DNA of 38,764 bases from a virus (taxonomy: Duplodnaviria > Caudoviricetes): the IMG/VR virus record IMGVR_UViG_3300020042_012255, positions 1 to 38,764 of that record; one strand, written 5' to 3'. The notes below the pieces were generated by a model. That model worked only from the letters and a program-made list of their open reading frames with translations. It had not been told where the DNA came from and searched no databases. Shown piece after piece: positions 25,771-33,682 of the stretch. The position numbers and the translations under genes are program-made. Numbering within the stretch: the stretch's first letter is position 1; the number at the start of each line of letters is the position of its first letter.

Positions 25771-26043
25771 TTATTTTCTTTCATTATTTCGATTAAATCC
25801 AAATTCGCTTTCTTGCATAAGTTCATATCCATACCCTTCGTGAGAATTTCTCGTATTTTGTGAAAGATCGTTATAAAAAACTCTCCAATACCCTTGAATA
25901 GCGTTTTGATGAACAAAATCAATTTTCACTGTTTCAGCTTGCCGCTGAGTAATATTTCTTAAAAAACTAACTAATTGATCTCTATTTGCTATATTCAAAA
26001 TTATCCAACCAAAAACCATCGTGCAAAAACGTAAATATTTCAT
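25771..26043 (-). CDS. Hypothetical protein
   Basis: 90 aa; overlaps 25614..25922, whose true start is probably internal. Confidence 0.4.
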   Translation of the reverse strand: MKYLRFCTMVFGWIILNIANRDQLVSFLRNITQRQAETVKIDFVHQNAIQGYWRVFYNDLSQNTRNSHEGYGYELMQESEFGFNRNNERK

Positions 26044-26069
26044 ATTTCAACCCAATTTTTCATTCTTTT

Positions 26070-26315
26070 TCAAAATCCGTCTCCAGATCCATCTCTATTT
26101 CCAGATCCATCTAGGTGTGCAAATCCATACCCATATGCATCTTCAAATCCAGATCCAGATCCAGAACCAAATCCATCTCCTTCTCCAGATACACATCCAG
26201 ATCCAGAACCGTAACTAAATCCAGATCCAAATCCATAGCCATGTCCAGAGCCATGTCCAGAGCCATGTCCAGAGCCATGTCCAGAGCCAAATTCAAAATC
26301 TATTACTCTTTCCAT
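26070..26315 (-). CDS. Gly/Ser-repeat (GSG/GYG/GDG) protein
   Basis: Low-complexity GX repeats, including the 12-nt tandem AGCCATGTCCAG x4 (26237-26284); coupled to the upstream gene. Confidence 0.7.
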   Translation of the reverse strand: MERVIDFEFGSGHGSGHGSGHGSGHGYGFGSGFSYGSGSGCVSGEGDGFGSGSGSGFEDAYGYGFAHLDGSGNRDGSGDGF

Positions 26316-26590
26316 ACAGGAACTTCTTTTATAGATTTTTTTGCCTCTTCCGTTACTGATAAAATTTCTATTGCTTGTAAAAGTTCTATTTTCCCTACTT
26401 CACATGGAAATTTACACTCATTCGGTTTTTTAGTTCCTTCCATCGCAAGTTGAGACAAAGTAGCAGCACCTTCCCAGTACCAGATTCTTCTAGCATTAAT
26501 TAAAACAACTTCTTGTCCATTTCTGCTTTCTAATTCTCCAGCAAACACTCCAGCTGAATATGTTCTAACAATTACATATGGTTTTTCCAT
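26303..26590 (-). CDS. Conserved phage protein (DUF6948-like)
   Basis: VIVRTYSAGVFAG...ARRIWYWEGAATLSQLA motif. Confidence 0.75.
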   Translation of the reverse strand: MEKPYVIVRTYSAGVFAGELESRNGQEVVLINARRIWYWEGAATLSQLAMEGTKKPNECKFPCEVGKIELLQAIEILSVTEEAKKSIKEVPVWKE

Positions 26591-26606
26591 TTTCTTTCCC
26601 TTTTGT

Positions 26607-26807
26607 TTACTTTCTTTTCACATCGCTTTCATATTCCGGATACCTGATCTTATACTTAATATTTCCACAACAGCTTGTAGTTACTTGATACGTCATACAG
26701 CGTTCTTTTTGCCATGGAAGAAGTCCGTTATATATCTTCTGTATTGATTCTTCTTCTGAAAACGTCATAATGATCCACGCAAAAAGAAAAGAAAATAACT
26801 GTTTCAT
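26607..26807 (-). CDS. Small protein, paralogue of 25374..25568
   Basis: AAGGA SD; first gene of the leftward early run. Confidence 0.6.
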   Translation of the reverse strand: MKQLFSFLFAWIIMTFSEEESIQKIYNGLLPWQKERCMTYQVTTSCCGNIKYKIRYPEYESDVKRK

Positions 26808-26885
26808 ATAGTAGATTTCCTTTTTCTATAAAGTGTTAACATGCTAACATTGACAGAAAGAAATAGCAAGACAAAAGGCAGGAAG

Positions 26886-27026
26886 ATGACTAAACCCGAT
26901 TTGTGCTTTATAGTAGCTAGAATCCCTACCGCAATTCATAAAAAGTTGAAGAAATATTGCTTAGAAAATGAAACTTCTGTGCAGAAACTATTAGAAAATT
27001 ATATAACTTCAATCCTTTTAAAATAA
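26886..27026 (+). CDS. Ribbon-helix-helix DNA-binding protein (ParG/Arc-like)
   Basis: FIVARIPTAIHKKLKKYC...SVQKLLENYI; AGGA SD before ATG 26886. Confidence 0.7.
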   Translation: MTKPDLCFIVARIPTAIHKKLKKYCLENETSVQKLLENYITSILLK

Positions 27027-27250
27027 TGGATGTTATGGATCAAAATTACGAAAAATCAAAAACACTTCTTTCAATAGAGCAACTATCGCAGAGGCATCCT
27101 GCGTTCAGCCCTTCGGCGATTAGGCATCTTATATTTGATGCTAAAACAAACGGGTTTGATCAAGTGATCTTTCGGGTGGGTAGAAAGGTAGTTTTGGAAG
27201 AATCTGCATTTGTAAATTGGGTATTACAAAAAAATGAAGTGGAAAACTGA
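27026..27250 (+). CDS. Small excisionase/AlpA-like DNA-binding protein
   Basis: LLSIEQLSQRHPAFS..AIRHLIF...NGF...RVGRKVVL. Confidence 0.7.
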   Translation: MDVMDQNYEKSKTLLSIEQLSQRHPAFSPSAIRHLIFDAKTNGFDQVIFRVGRKVVLEESAFVNWVLQKNEVEN

Positions 27251-27358
27251 TTTTAATAAATCTGACAAACATCGAGAACGGGAAAAAAGAAAATCATTAG
27301 AAAAAGAACATTTGAAACGAATCATTGAAACTATTGAAGTAAATTGGAAGGAAGATAA

Positions 27359-27532
27359 ATGCAAGAAGACTTCTTAGACGCAGTTTTAACTAAAAAGATT
27401 GATAGACTTGAAAAATGGATGTTTAGGCTTCAGAAAGAGATGCATTTTCTGAAGAACGTGCATTCTTTGAACAAGGGACATAAGATCAATAAGAAGATAG
27501 AGCAGTTAGATTTATTTCAAAAAATAGGATAA
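27359..27532 (+). CDS. 57-aa coiled-coil protein with C-terminal QLDLF motif (not in the ORF track)
   Basis: MQEDFLDAVLTKKIDRLEKWMFRLQKEMHFLK...IEQLDLFQKIG; AAGGA SD. Confidence 0.7.
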   Translation: MQEDFLDAVLTKKIDRLEKWMFRLQKEMHFLKNVHSLNKGHKINKKIEQLDLFQKIG

Positions 27533-27536
27533 AAAC

Positions 27537-27761
27537 ATGGTGGAAATAGAAAAAATTAATTTATTTTCTGACAGAGTTGAATCTTTAATAAAAGAATTGT
27601 CTGTTTCTAGTGATGAAATTTGCCCATCTCTTTTAACTATTATAGCATATGAGATTTATTACAATAATGATAAAGAAGAAAGAGAAAAATTATGCAAAAA
27701 ATGTTACACAATCACTAAAAATATAATAAAATTTTTAGATATATATAATGGTAAAAAATGA
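27537..27761 (+). CDS. Hypothetical protein
   Basis: 74 aa, TAGGA SD. Confidence 0.6.
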   Translation: MVEIEKINLFSDRVESLIKELSVSSDEICPSLLTIIAYEIYYNNDKEEREKLCKKCYTITKNIIKFLDIYNGKK

Positions 27762-27816
27762 TTGACGAAGAAAAAAACGAAGGACTCAGATCCCAACCCG
27801 ACTCTCCGTGGGGACG

Positions 27817-27862
27817 CTTTGCGACTGTTAAACAGTTTCGACTTTCGTCTCATCAGGCAAAA
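27817..27862 (-). ncRNA. Hammerhead ribozyme, type I
   Basis: UUUUGC-CUGAUGA-GAC(GAAA)GUC-GAAA-CUGU(UUA)ACAG-UC^GCAAAG: complete catalytic core, three stems and a GUC cleavage triplet. Confidence 0.92.
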
Positions 27863-27909
27863 AAGGAAAGCTGCACCACAACATTATCCTTCTCGGTGGC
27901 CTTGTGCTT

Positions 27910-28152
27910 TTAATTATCTTCTTCTCCGTAGGCTATTTCCCTACATTCATGTATCTTATCCCTTAATTCTTCCAGCTGATATACTAAGTTATGCAAAAAC
28001 TCTTCCTGGGTTTCTTCATCAAGAGTTTTAAATACTTCGGCAAAATCTTTGTTTCTGCAAGCAATAGAAGCTCTATTGTCCCAAATTTCATGATCTAGAA
28101 TAGCATCTAAAAGAACTGAAATTTTACCCAAGTCTTCTACTCTCTCTCTCAT
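27910..28152 (-). CDS. Hypothetical helical protein
   Basis: ATG 28152 overlaps the upstream stop (TAATG). Confidence 0.65.
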   Translation of the reverse strand: MRERVEDLGKISVLLDAILDHEIWDNRASIACRNKDFAEVFKTLDEETQEEFLHNLVYQLEELRDKIHECREIAYGEEDN

Positions 28153-28289
28153 TAACAACCCTTTTTCATCATTTTTTTGGCTTTATCTACTTTTGAATCC
28201 ATCTTCTTGTCAGATTTTAGCAAAGACTTTTCTGCTGAAGATTCTTTTTTTCTAATACTTTGAAAAGCTGATTTAATTTTTTTATCCAT
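28152..28289 (-). CDS. 45-aa lysine-rich protein (not in the ORF track)
   Basis: MDKKIKSAFQSIRKKESSAEKSLLKSDKKMDSKVDKAKKMMKKGC; GGGTG SD. Confidence 0.65.
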   Translation of the reverse strand: MDKKIKSAFQSIRKKESSAEKSLLKSDKKMDSKVDKAKKMMKKGC

Positions 28290-28638
28290 ATTGCACCCAA
28301 ATAATTTTTATACGATCATCTGATATATAAACTATTTTTGGAAGAAAAATATGAAAGAAAAATTTGACTCTTTTTTTTGGGTCATGGCTTTGATAATTAT
28401 ACTCGTAACATTAGCAATACTGTTCAAAAAATGCTACTTATCAAAAATTCCAGGAATCTTCTATTAATCGTTCCAGAATCTATGACGATATGATAGAGAT
28501 TTAAGAAAATATATCATTACCATTTTCCATCTCGGGATATATTTGTATTCGTCTTCCATTACTTCTTGTTTTTTACCTCTTTAGATATAACTTGTTTAAC
28601 TTGTACATCTTAAATTAAAAAAATTTATTTATAAAGAA

Positions 28639-28700
28639 AAATGCTTGTAAAACAAATCGCATATCAGATACGATATGCATATCGACACTTAAAGCATATC
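28639..28700 (+). promoter_or_regulatory. Promoter/operator P2, twin of P1
   Basis: TTGTAA-N18-TACGAT with GCATATC...GATATGCATATC and an extra GCATATC at 28694. Confidence 0.75.
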
Positions 28701-28717
28701 AATTTTGTGAGGAAAAA

Positions 28718-28903
28718 ATGGATGAAGAATTAGAAATCATTGAAGCAAGAGATGAGGCTAACTCATATATGAGAAAAGTCTATCTTGACAATCTTAAAGA
28801 CACATACAAAGAAGATTGGGAGCGTGCATATATAATTGGGAAAAGCAAACACAAAGCTGAGCAATTACTGTTAGAATGGACGTTTGAATACGATCAAGAA
28901 TAG
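28718..28903 (+). CDS. Small acidic early protein
   Basis: 61 aa, GAGGA SD, first gene after P2. Confidence 0.7.
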   Translation: MDEELEIIEARDEANSYMRKVYLDNLKDTYKEDWERAYIIGKSKHKAEQLLLEWTFEYDQE

Positions 28904-28944
28904 TTTATTTATACGTAAATCTTACATGAAAAAACAAATATGGA

Positions 28945-29160
28945 ATGAACATGGAAAAAATGAAATCAATGCAATTACGATTACCGCATGTTTGGCATGA
29001 AATTTTAACGTTTGCAGCTAACAAAAAAAAGCAAACTCTTTCTCAATTTTTGAGAGATGCTTTAGATAAAGAAGTTAAAAAAGAACTTAAGAAAATAGAA
29101 GAAGAAGCAAGAGAATTAAAGGAAAATATATATGACCCTAGAATTACAAATTTCAAATAG
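28945..29160 (+). CDS. Ribbon-helix-helix repressor (CopG/Arc-like)
   Basis: KSMQLRLP...AANKKKQTLSQFLRDAL. Confidence 0.75.
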   Translation: MNMEKMKSMQLRLPHVWHEILTFAANKKKQTLSQFLRDALDKEVKKELKKIEEEARELKENIYDPRITNFK

Positions 29161-29383
29161 TTTTCAACAAGACATGGATCAATTGCTTAAAAAATATTTG
29201 GATAGCATTCCTGATGATCATATCTATTTTAATTTAGGAATTTCTCTACTTAGACATTTTCTTGAGACAGAAGAAGATGATTTAGAAGCGCTAAAAAAGT
29301 ATAGAGATATGCTTGTCTCTCATTTAACGACTGCAAATGACATGATTAAAAATATAAGTTTACAAAGAACTAGATCGTATTAA
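29132..29383 (+). CDS. Hypothetical protein
   Basis: 83 aa, AAGGA SD. Confidence 0.6.
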   Translation: MTLELQISNSFQQDMDQLLKKYLDSIPDDHIYFNLGISLLRHFLETEEDDLEALKKYRDMLVSHLTTANDMIKNISLQRTRSY

Positions 29384-29768
29384 CTTCGATAATCGTTTTT
29401 GCAACTTCTCCATATTTTTTCTCATTAATCTGAGAAATAACATGAGAGTCGTTAGAGATAATACCGGCTTTTTCTAAGCAATCTTCCATGAGCTTGACCA
29501 TGTTTGTCAAATCTGGTTTGTGAAGATGTTGAATCTCTCCTTGGAGCATAAAATCTTTTCTTTTTTTAGATGTGGATTCAGGGACAGGCATAAAGAAAAC
29601 AAACTTAAGTTGAATGGCTCCTGGCAGAGGAGAAAGGGGCCGTTTTTGAGATAAAATTTGAAATAATATGGATTTTTTGTGCGTAGACTTTTTGTCATAA
29701 AAGCCTTGCGAGCCTTTGACAGGTGCTGCCCACGGTACTGGATCGCCTAGAATTTCATATGCATACAT
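29370..29768 (-). CDS. rusA: RusA-family Holliday junction resolvase
   Basis: F.MPVP.S.SKK...KPDLTNMVKLMEDCL..GIISNDSHV...KKYG. Confidence 0.9.
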   Translation of the reverse strand: MYAYEILGDPVPWAAPVKGSQGFYDKKSTHKKSILFQILSQKRPLSPLPGAIQLKFVFFMPVPESTSKKRKDFMLQGEIQHLHKPDLTNMVKLMEDCLEKAGIISNDSHVISQINEKKYGEVAKTIIEVNTI

Positions 29769-29793
29769 AAAAATAAATTTAAAGGAAATCGCG

Positions 29794-30108
29794 ATGACAA
29801 TTCAACAAGAATTACAGAATATAAAAAAATTATCTAGCGAACTAGAAATAAAACTAGATTCTATAAATGAAGTAATAAAAGAAATTCAAGAAAACTTGAG
29901 AATGGTTCCATTTTATTTTGAACTTTTTTTACCCGATGATAGTTGTATTTGTTGGGAACCTAAAGAAAAAAAAATTATCTATAAGGATTCAGATTATCCT
30001 GAAGGCAAACATGCCCTTAGTTCTTCTATAGCTGACAGAATAAAATTTCATTCGTATTTATTGGAATTCGTAAAATTAATAAATGAAGAATTTAAAAATA
30101 AATTTTAA
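29794..30108 (+). CDS. Hypothetical protein
   Basis: AAGGA SD before ATG 29794; N-terminal coiled coil. Confidence 0.6.
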   Translation: MTIQQELQNIKKLSSELEIKLDSINEVIKEIQENLRMVPFYFELFLPDDSCICWEPKEKKIIYKDSDYPEGKHALSSSIADRIKFHSYLLEFVKLINEEFKNKF

Positions 30109-30124
30109 TTTAAAGGAAATCAAA

Positions 30125-30697
30125 ATGGAAAACAAAGAAAAAAGTAAACTTGATGAAGCATTAGCAAAAGCTCAGGATCAATTTGATACTGTAGTATTTG
30201 ACAAAGTCAACCCACATTTTAAAAGCAAATTTGGAAGTATAGCTGCAATTAATAAAGCTACACGGCCGGCTTTGTCTAGAAATGGGTTATCTCTTACTCA
30301 ACGTTTTAATCGAGATCCCGAAGGTATTATTTTAATTACACGCCTGGGTCACGAAAGTGGAGAACTTTTAGAATCTGAAATATTAATCATAAGAGCAAAT
30401 AAGACTGATCAGCAATTAGGAGCTTCTTTCACATATATGAGAAGATATTCAATCATTGCTATTTTAAACGTTGTTGCTGAAGAAGAAGACGATGGAGAGG
30501 TAGATAGAAAAAAATCTGAAGAAACCATTTCTGAAGAGGAAATTGAAATGATAGAAGTTTTATTAGAAGAATATCCCCACAGAAAACAAAAACTTATAGA
30601 TATGTGTAAGGGAAATCTCAACAACATGAAAAAATCTGTTTATCTGAACACGATCGATTGGATAAAAGCTCCTCCAAAAACAAAACAAGAGGTTTAA
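30125..30697 (+). CDS. erf: ERF-family ssDNA annealing protein
   Basis: NPHFKSKF...LSRNGL...GHESGE...QQLGASFTYMRRYS...EEDDG. Confidence 0.9.
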   Translation: MENKEKSKLDEALAKAQDQFDTVVFDKVNPHFKSKFGSIAAINKATRPALSRNGLSLTQRFNRDPEGIILITRLGHESGELLESEILIIRANKTDQQLGASFTYMRRYSIIAILNVVAEEEDDGEVDRKKSEETISEEEIEMIEVLLEEYPHRKQKLIDMCKGNLNNMKKSVYLNTIDWIKAPPKTKQEV

Positions 30698-30698
30698 A

Positions 30699-31574
30699 AT
30701 GGAAATTGAATTAGTACAAGGATCGCAAGAGTGGCTGGATTTTAGATTAAACAAAATCGGAGCTTCTCAAATTGCAGCCATAATGGGCCTTTCTCCGTTT
30801 TCATCCAGAATTGATGTGTATAACGAAATTAAGGGTCTAAAAACGAAGTCAATGACAAAAGCAATGCAAAGGGGTAAAGATTTTGAATCAGACGCTTTAT
30901 CAGCACTAGAAATAGAAACGGGTTTTCTTCTTAGACCTGCTGTTTTTCAAAATGATCAACTTCCATGGGCTTTTGCTTCACTAGACGGAATCAGTCTAAA
31001 CGAAGATCTTATCGCAGAGATAAAAGTACCTGGTAAAAATTCTTTTGAAAATATGAGAAGAGAAATTCCCGTATATTATCAATATCAAATGCAATGGCAA
31101 ATGCTAGTCACTGGAATCAAGAAAAACATTTTTATGGTGTACTCTGAAAATGAATTTTACATGCACTCATTGGACTACGATCCAGTTCTTGCGGACAAAT
31201 TGTTGGAGTGTGGTCGAGATTTTTACGAAAATCACATCTTACCTTGTATTCCCCCAGAGCCAGAAGAAGATGAACCCGTATTTTGTGATGATCCGGTTTT
31301 TTTAGATCTTCAAGAAAAATATGTGCTGTGTGATGCGTCTTGTAAACAATTTGAAGCAGCAAGAGAAAAATATAAAAAAGCAATCATTGAAAATTTCTTT
31401 GATGACACGGCAGTAAAGGGAAAACTGTTAGTTATAAAAAATCAATCCAGAAAAGGGGCTCTTGATGAGAATGCAATGCTGTCAGATGGCATTGATCTAA
31501 ACAAATACAGAAAGCCTAGCGTGAATTTTCCGGTGATTAAACTTTTAAAAGAAGACAAAAATGATAGCCCATAA
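30699..31574 (+). CDS. YqaJ/lambda-exonuclease-like recombination nuclease
   Basis: QGSQEWLDFR..IGAS, ASLDG, EIK, YQYQMQWQM. Confidence 0.9.
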   Translation: MEIELVQGSQEWLDFRLNKIGASQIAAIMGLSPFSSRIDVYNEIKGLKTKSMTKAMQRGKDFESDALSALEIETGFLLRPAVFQNDQLPWAFASLDGISLNEDLIAEIKVPGKNSFENMRREIPVYYQYQMQWQMLVTGIKKNIFMVYSENEFYMHSLDYDPVLADKLLECGRDFYENHILPCIPPEPEEDEPVFCDDPVFLDLQEKYVLCDASCKQFEAAREKYKKAIIENFFDDTAVKGKLLVIKNQSRKGALDENAMLSDGIDLNKYRKPSVNFPVIKLLKEDKNDSP

Positions 31575-31635
31575 ATATTAAATAAAATATTATACATATC
31601 GTAAAGAGCATTTATTTTCATAGTTGACTCCTTTG

Positions 31636-31673
31636 ACCTTGTTAGAACGAAAGTTTTGACAAGGTTTTTTTTT
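31636..31673 (+). terminator. Intrinsic terminator
   Basis: ACCUUGUUAGAAC-GAAA-GUUUUGACAAGGU followed by a U-run. Confidence 0.85.
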
Positions 31674-31736
31674 AAATTTAATCTGTGAAAAATGGATATG
31701 CGAATAAAACTTCTCTAGGGAAGTTTTAGATTTAAT

Positions 31737-31765
31737 TTGCAAGAAATGACTTTGAAAACTAAGAT
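31737..31765 (+). promoter_or_regulatory. Sigma70-type promoter of the replication operon
   Basis: TTGCAA-N17-TAAGAT, just after the terminator. Confidence 0.7.
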
Positions 31766-31783
31766 AAAAACATTTTTAAAGAA

Positions 31784-31934
31784 GTGGGCCTGAACGAATC
31801 GTTTAGAGGCGGCTTTTTCAGAGCCCACATGGATAACTTACTTATGGTCGAATAGTATATTTATACTAGATTTTTTTTCAAATAAAATCAAAGACAGGTA
31901 AAGAAAGTTATCCTACAACCGTAGGATTTCTTAA
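31784..31934 (+). promoter_or_regulatory. Structured leader with uORF and alternative SD-sequestering hairpin
   Basis: GUGGGC/GCCCAC hairpin; GGAUAACUU/AAGUUAUCC competes with AUCCUAC-AACC-GUAGGAU; uORF MDNLLMVE at 31829-31855. Confidence 0.6.
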
Positions 31935-32690
31935 ATGTCGCTAGAAGATTCTCAATTTCATCACGTAGAAATATTAGACAAACTAACAAAAAAAGAATTT
32001 CAGATCGTTAGGTCTCTGTTAATTATTTTTAAAAGCCATAGGGACAAGAACTATAAATACTCTTACCCATCCATTCCTCTCATAGCGAAAATTGCTAAAT
32101 GCTGCCCCAGAACAGTTAATACATTCATAAAAAAATACGAAGGCATTGTCTTTACTCATAAAAATAGAAAACATGGGGCTACGGGCAAAAATCTACCAAA
32201 CCTTTACAAGTACAACGTTGCATTTTTCGAGACACTAATTTTGCTGGAATTTCATCACTATTTGCACGACTGGAAAAGATACAGAAAAAAGGTGCATTCA
32301 GGATTGATGAATAACGCTGATTTTCTCAATGAAAAAACCATAAAAGTCTTGCAGTTATCAACACACAAATTGCGCGCGGAAAACCTAGCAAAATTGCGCT
32401 GTATTAATTCTTATATAAATTCTTCTAAGAATATAGTACTTAAAGAAGAAGTGCCATCAACAGAAAAAGAAAAAAGATTCGGAATACTTCAAGGAGAGGC
32501 AATTTCCTACCAGCAAAAATCTTATTTATCACACAACTTCTCTCCGGAAAGCGTTTATAAATCGGTTATGGATCTAAGATACGTAAAATCTAGGGAAAAC
32601 GTGGCAAATATAGGAGGTTTTCTCTATGCAAAAGCGATGGAACACACTATCAAAGGAATACAACAAACTGGAAGGAGACTAAACTTATGA
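31935..32690 (+). CDS. HTH-domain replication initiator (putative)
   Basis: YSYPSIPLIAKIAKCCPRTV HTH followed by PNLY; C-terminal NIGGFLY motif; located near ssb. Confidence 0.7.
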   Translation: MSLEDSQFHHVEILDKLTKKEFQIVRSLLIIFKSHRDKNYKYSYPSIPLIAKIAKCCPRTVNTFIKKYEGIVFTHKNRKHGATGKNLPNLYKYNVAFFETLILLEFHHYLHDWKRYRKKVHSGLMNNADFLNEKTIKVLQLSTHKLRAENLAKLRCINSYINSSKNIVLKEEVPSTEKEKRFGILQGEAISYQQKSYLSHNFSPESVYKSVMDLRYVKSRENVANIGGFLYAKAMEHTIKGIQQTGRRLNL

Positions 32691-32766
32691 CAAAAATTTA
32701 CTTTAAAACAAAATCGTTGGATCAAAATTAACAAGAGATTACAATAAAATTTACCTGGAGATCTTC

Positions 32767-32976
32767 ATGAAAAATATGAAAAAAATAAAATCTCAAGAAG
32801 AAAATGAAATAAAAAAAAAAGAAATTAGGACTTTGCTATTTGTTGCATTCGTTGCCATAGCTACAATTTTTATCTATAACGAAAAAGACAAAGAAGAAGA
32901 AAATAAAATATCAATGATTCTTGGAAAAGGTCGAGATCTTTGCTCCGCTGAAGCCATGGATGACTCAGAATTATAG
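32767..32976 (+). CDS. Small single-pass membrane protein
   Basis: LLFVAFVAIATIFIY; GGAG SD. Confidence 0.55.
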   Translation: MKNMKKIKSQEENEIKKKEIRTLLFVAFVAIATIFIYNEKDKEEENKISMILGKGRDLCSAEAMDDSEL

Positions 32977-33017
32977 ATTAAATAAAGTATTGAAAAACTA
33001 CAGAACGAGCAATTTCT

Positions 33018-33428
33018 ATGAACCAAGTCACTCTAGTGGGCTACATTGGTAGCGATCTAACAACTAAAACTTTTGACAATGAAAAAAAACTGACTACATT
33101 TTCTTTGGGCTGCAAAGCTAGAGGAAAAGAAAAAACGATATGGTACCGCATTTCTTTATGGAATGGGAACTTTGAATCTATTTATCCATACCTTAAAAAG
33201 GGTGGACAAATAGCCATATCAGGTGAATTGCAAAAACCTAGAGTTTTTAATGACAAAGAAGGAAAGCCTACTACTTTACTTGAAGTTGTTCCCTACAGCA
33301 TTAATCTTCTAAAATCTAGTTCAGAGGAAGGATCTGTTACAAAGCCTGTACAAGAATCTCCATCAAAATCAGATCTGGGAAAACATTTTCCTCCTTCCGT
33401 TTTTGATGATACGAATTTGCTCTTTTAA
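33018..33428 (+). CDS. ssb: Single-stranded DNA-binding protein
   Basis: MNQVTLVGYIGSD...WYRISLW...LKKG.QIAISGEL OB fold; acidic tail FDDTNLLF. Confidence 0.93.
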   Translation: MNQVTLVGYIGSDLTTKTFDNEKKLTTFSLGCKARGKEKTIWYRISLWNGNFESIYPYLKKGGQIAISGELQKPRVFNDKEGKPTTLLEVVPYSINLLKSSSEEGSVTKPVQESPSKSDLGKHFPPSVFDDTNLLF

Positions 33429-33452
33429 CAAACAAAACAAAGGATAGAAAAT

Positions 33453-33632
33453 ATGTTCGACAAAATTTTTGAAGCATTAGATAACGATCTAGGAGAATTT
33501 GAAGACTTCGTTTCAAGTTTAAAACAATTCATGCGTTGTATAGAAGACGGTGGAATGCAAAACAAAACTCTTAGAAACGAAGCAATTGATGAAGTTGCAA
33601 AATTTATTCTAGAATATAAAAGTAAAAAATAA
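33453..33632 (+). CDS. Hypothetical protein (59 aa, not in the ORF track)
   Basis: MFDKIFEALDNDLGEFEDFVSS...YKSKK; AAGGA SD. Confidence 0.65.
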   Translation: MFDKIFEALDNDLGEFEDFVSSLKQFMRCIEDGGMQNKTLRNEAIDEVAKFILEYKSKK

Positions 33633-33682
33633 ATAATTTAATTTTTTTAGACCCAATATTTGCAACTGATAATATATATAAA

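Noticed and set aside
26021-26453. ORFs with MALD, MSRA or IQIH repeats
   Set aside because: Alternative-frame shadows of the Gly-Ser repeat gene.
27762-28031. Plus-strand 89-aa ORF
   Set aside because: TTG start without a convincing SD; antisense to the hammerhead and to the better-supported 27910..28152.
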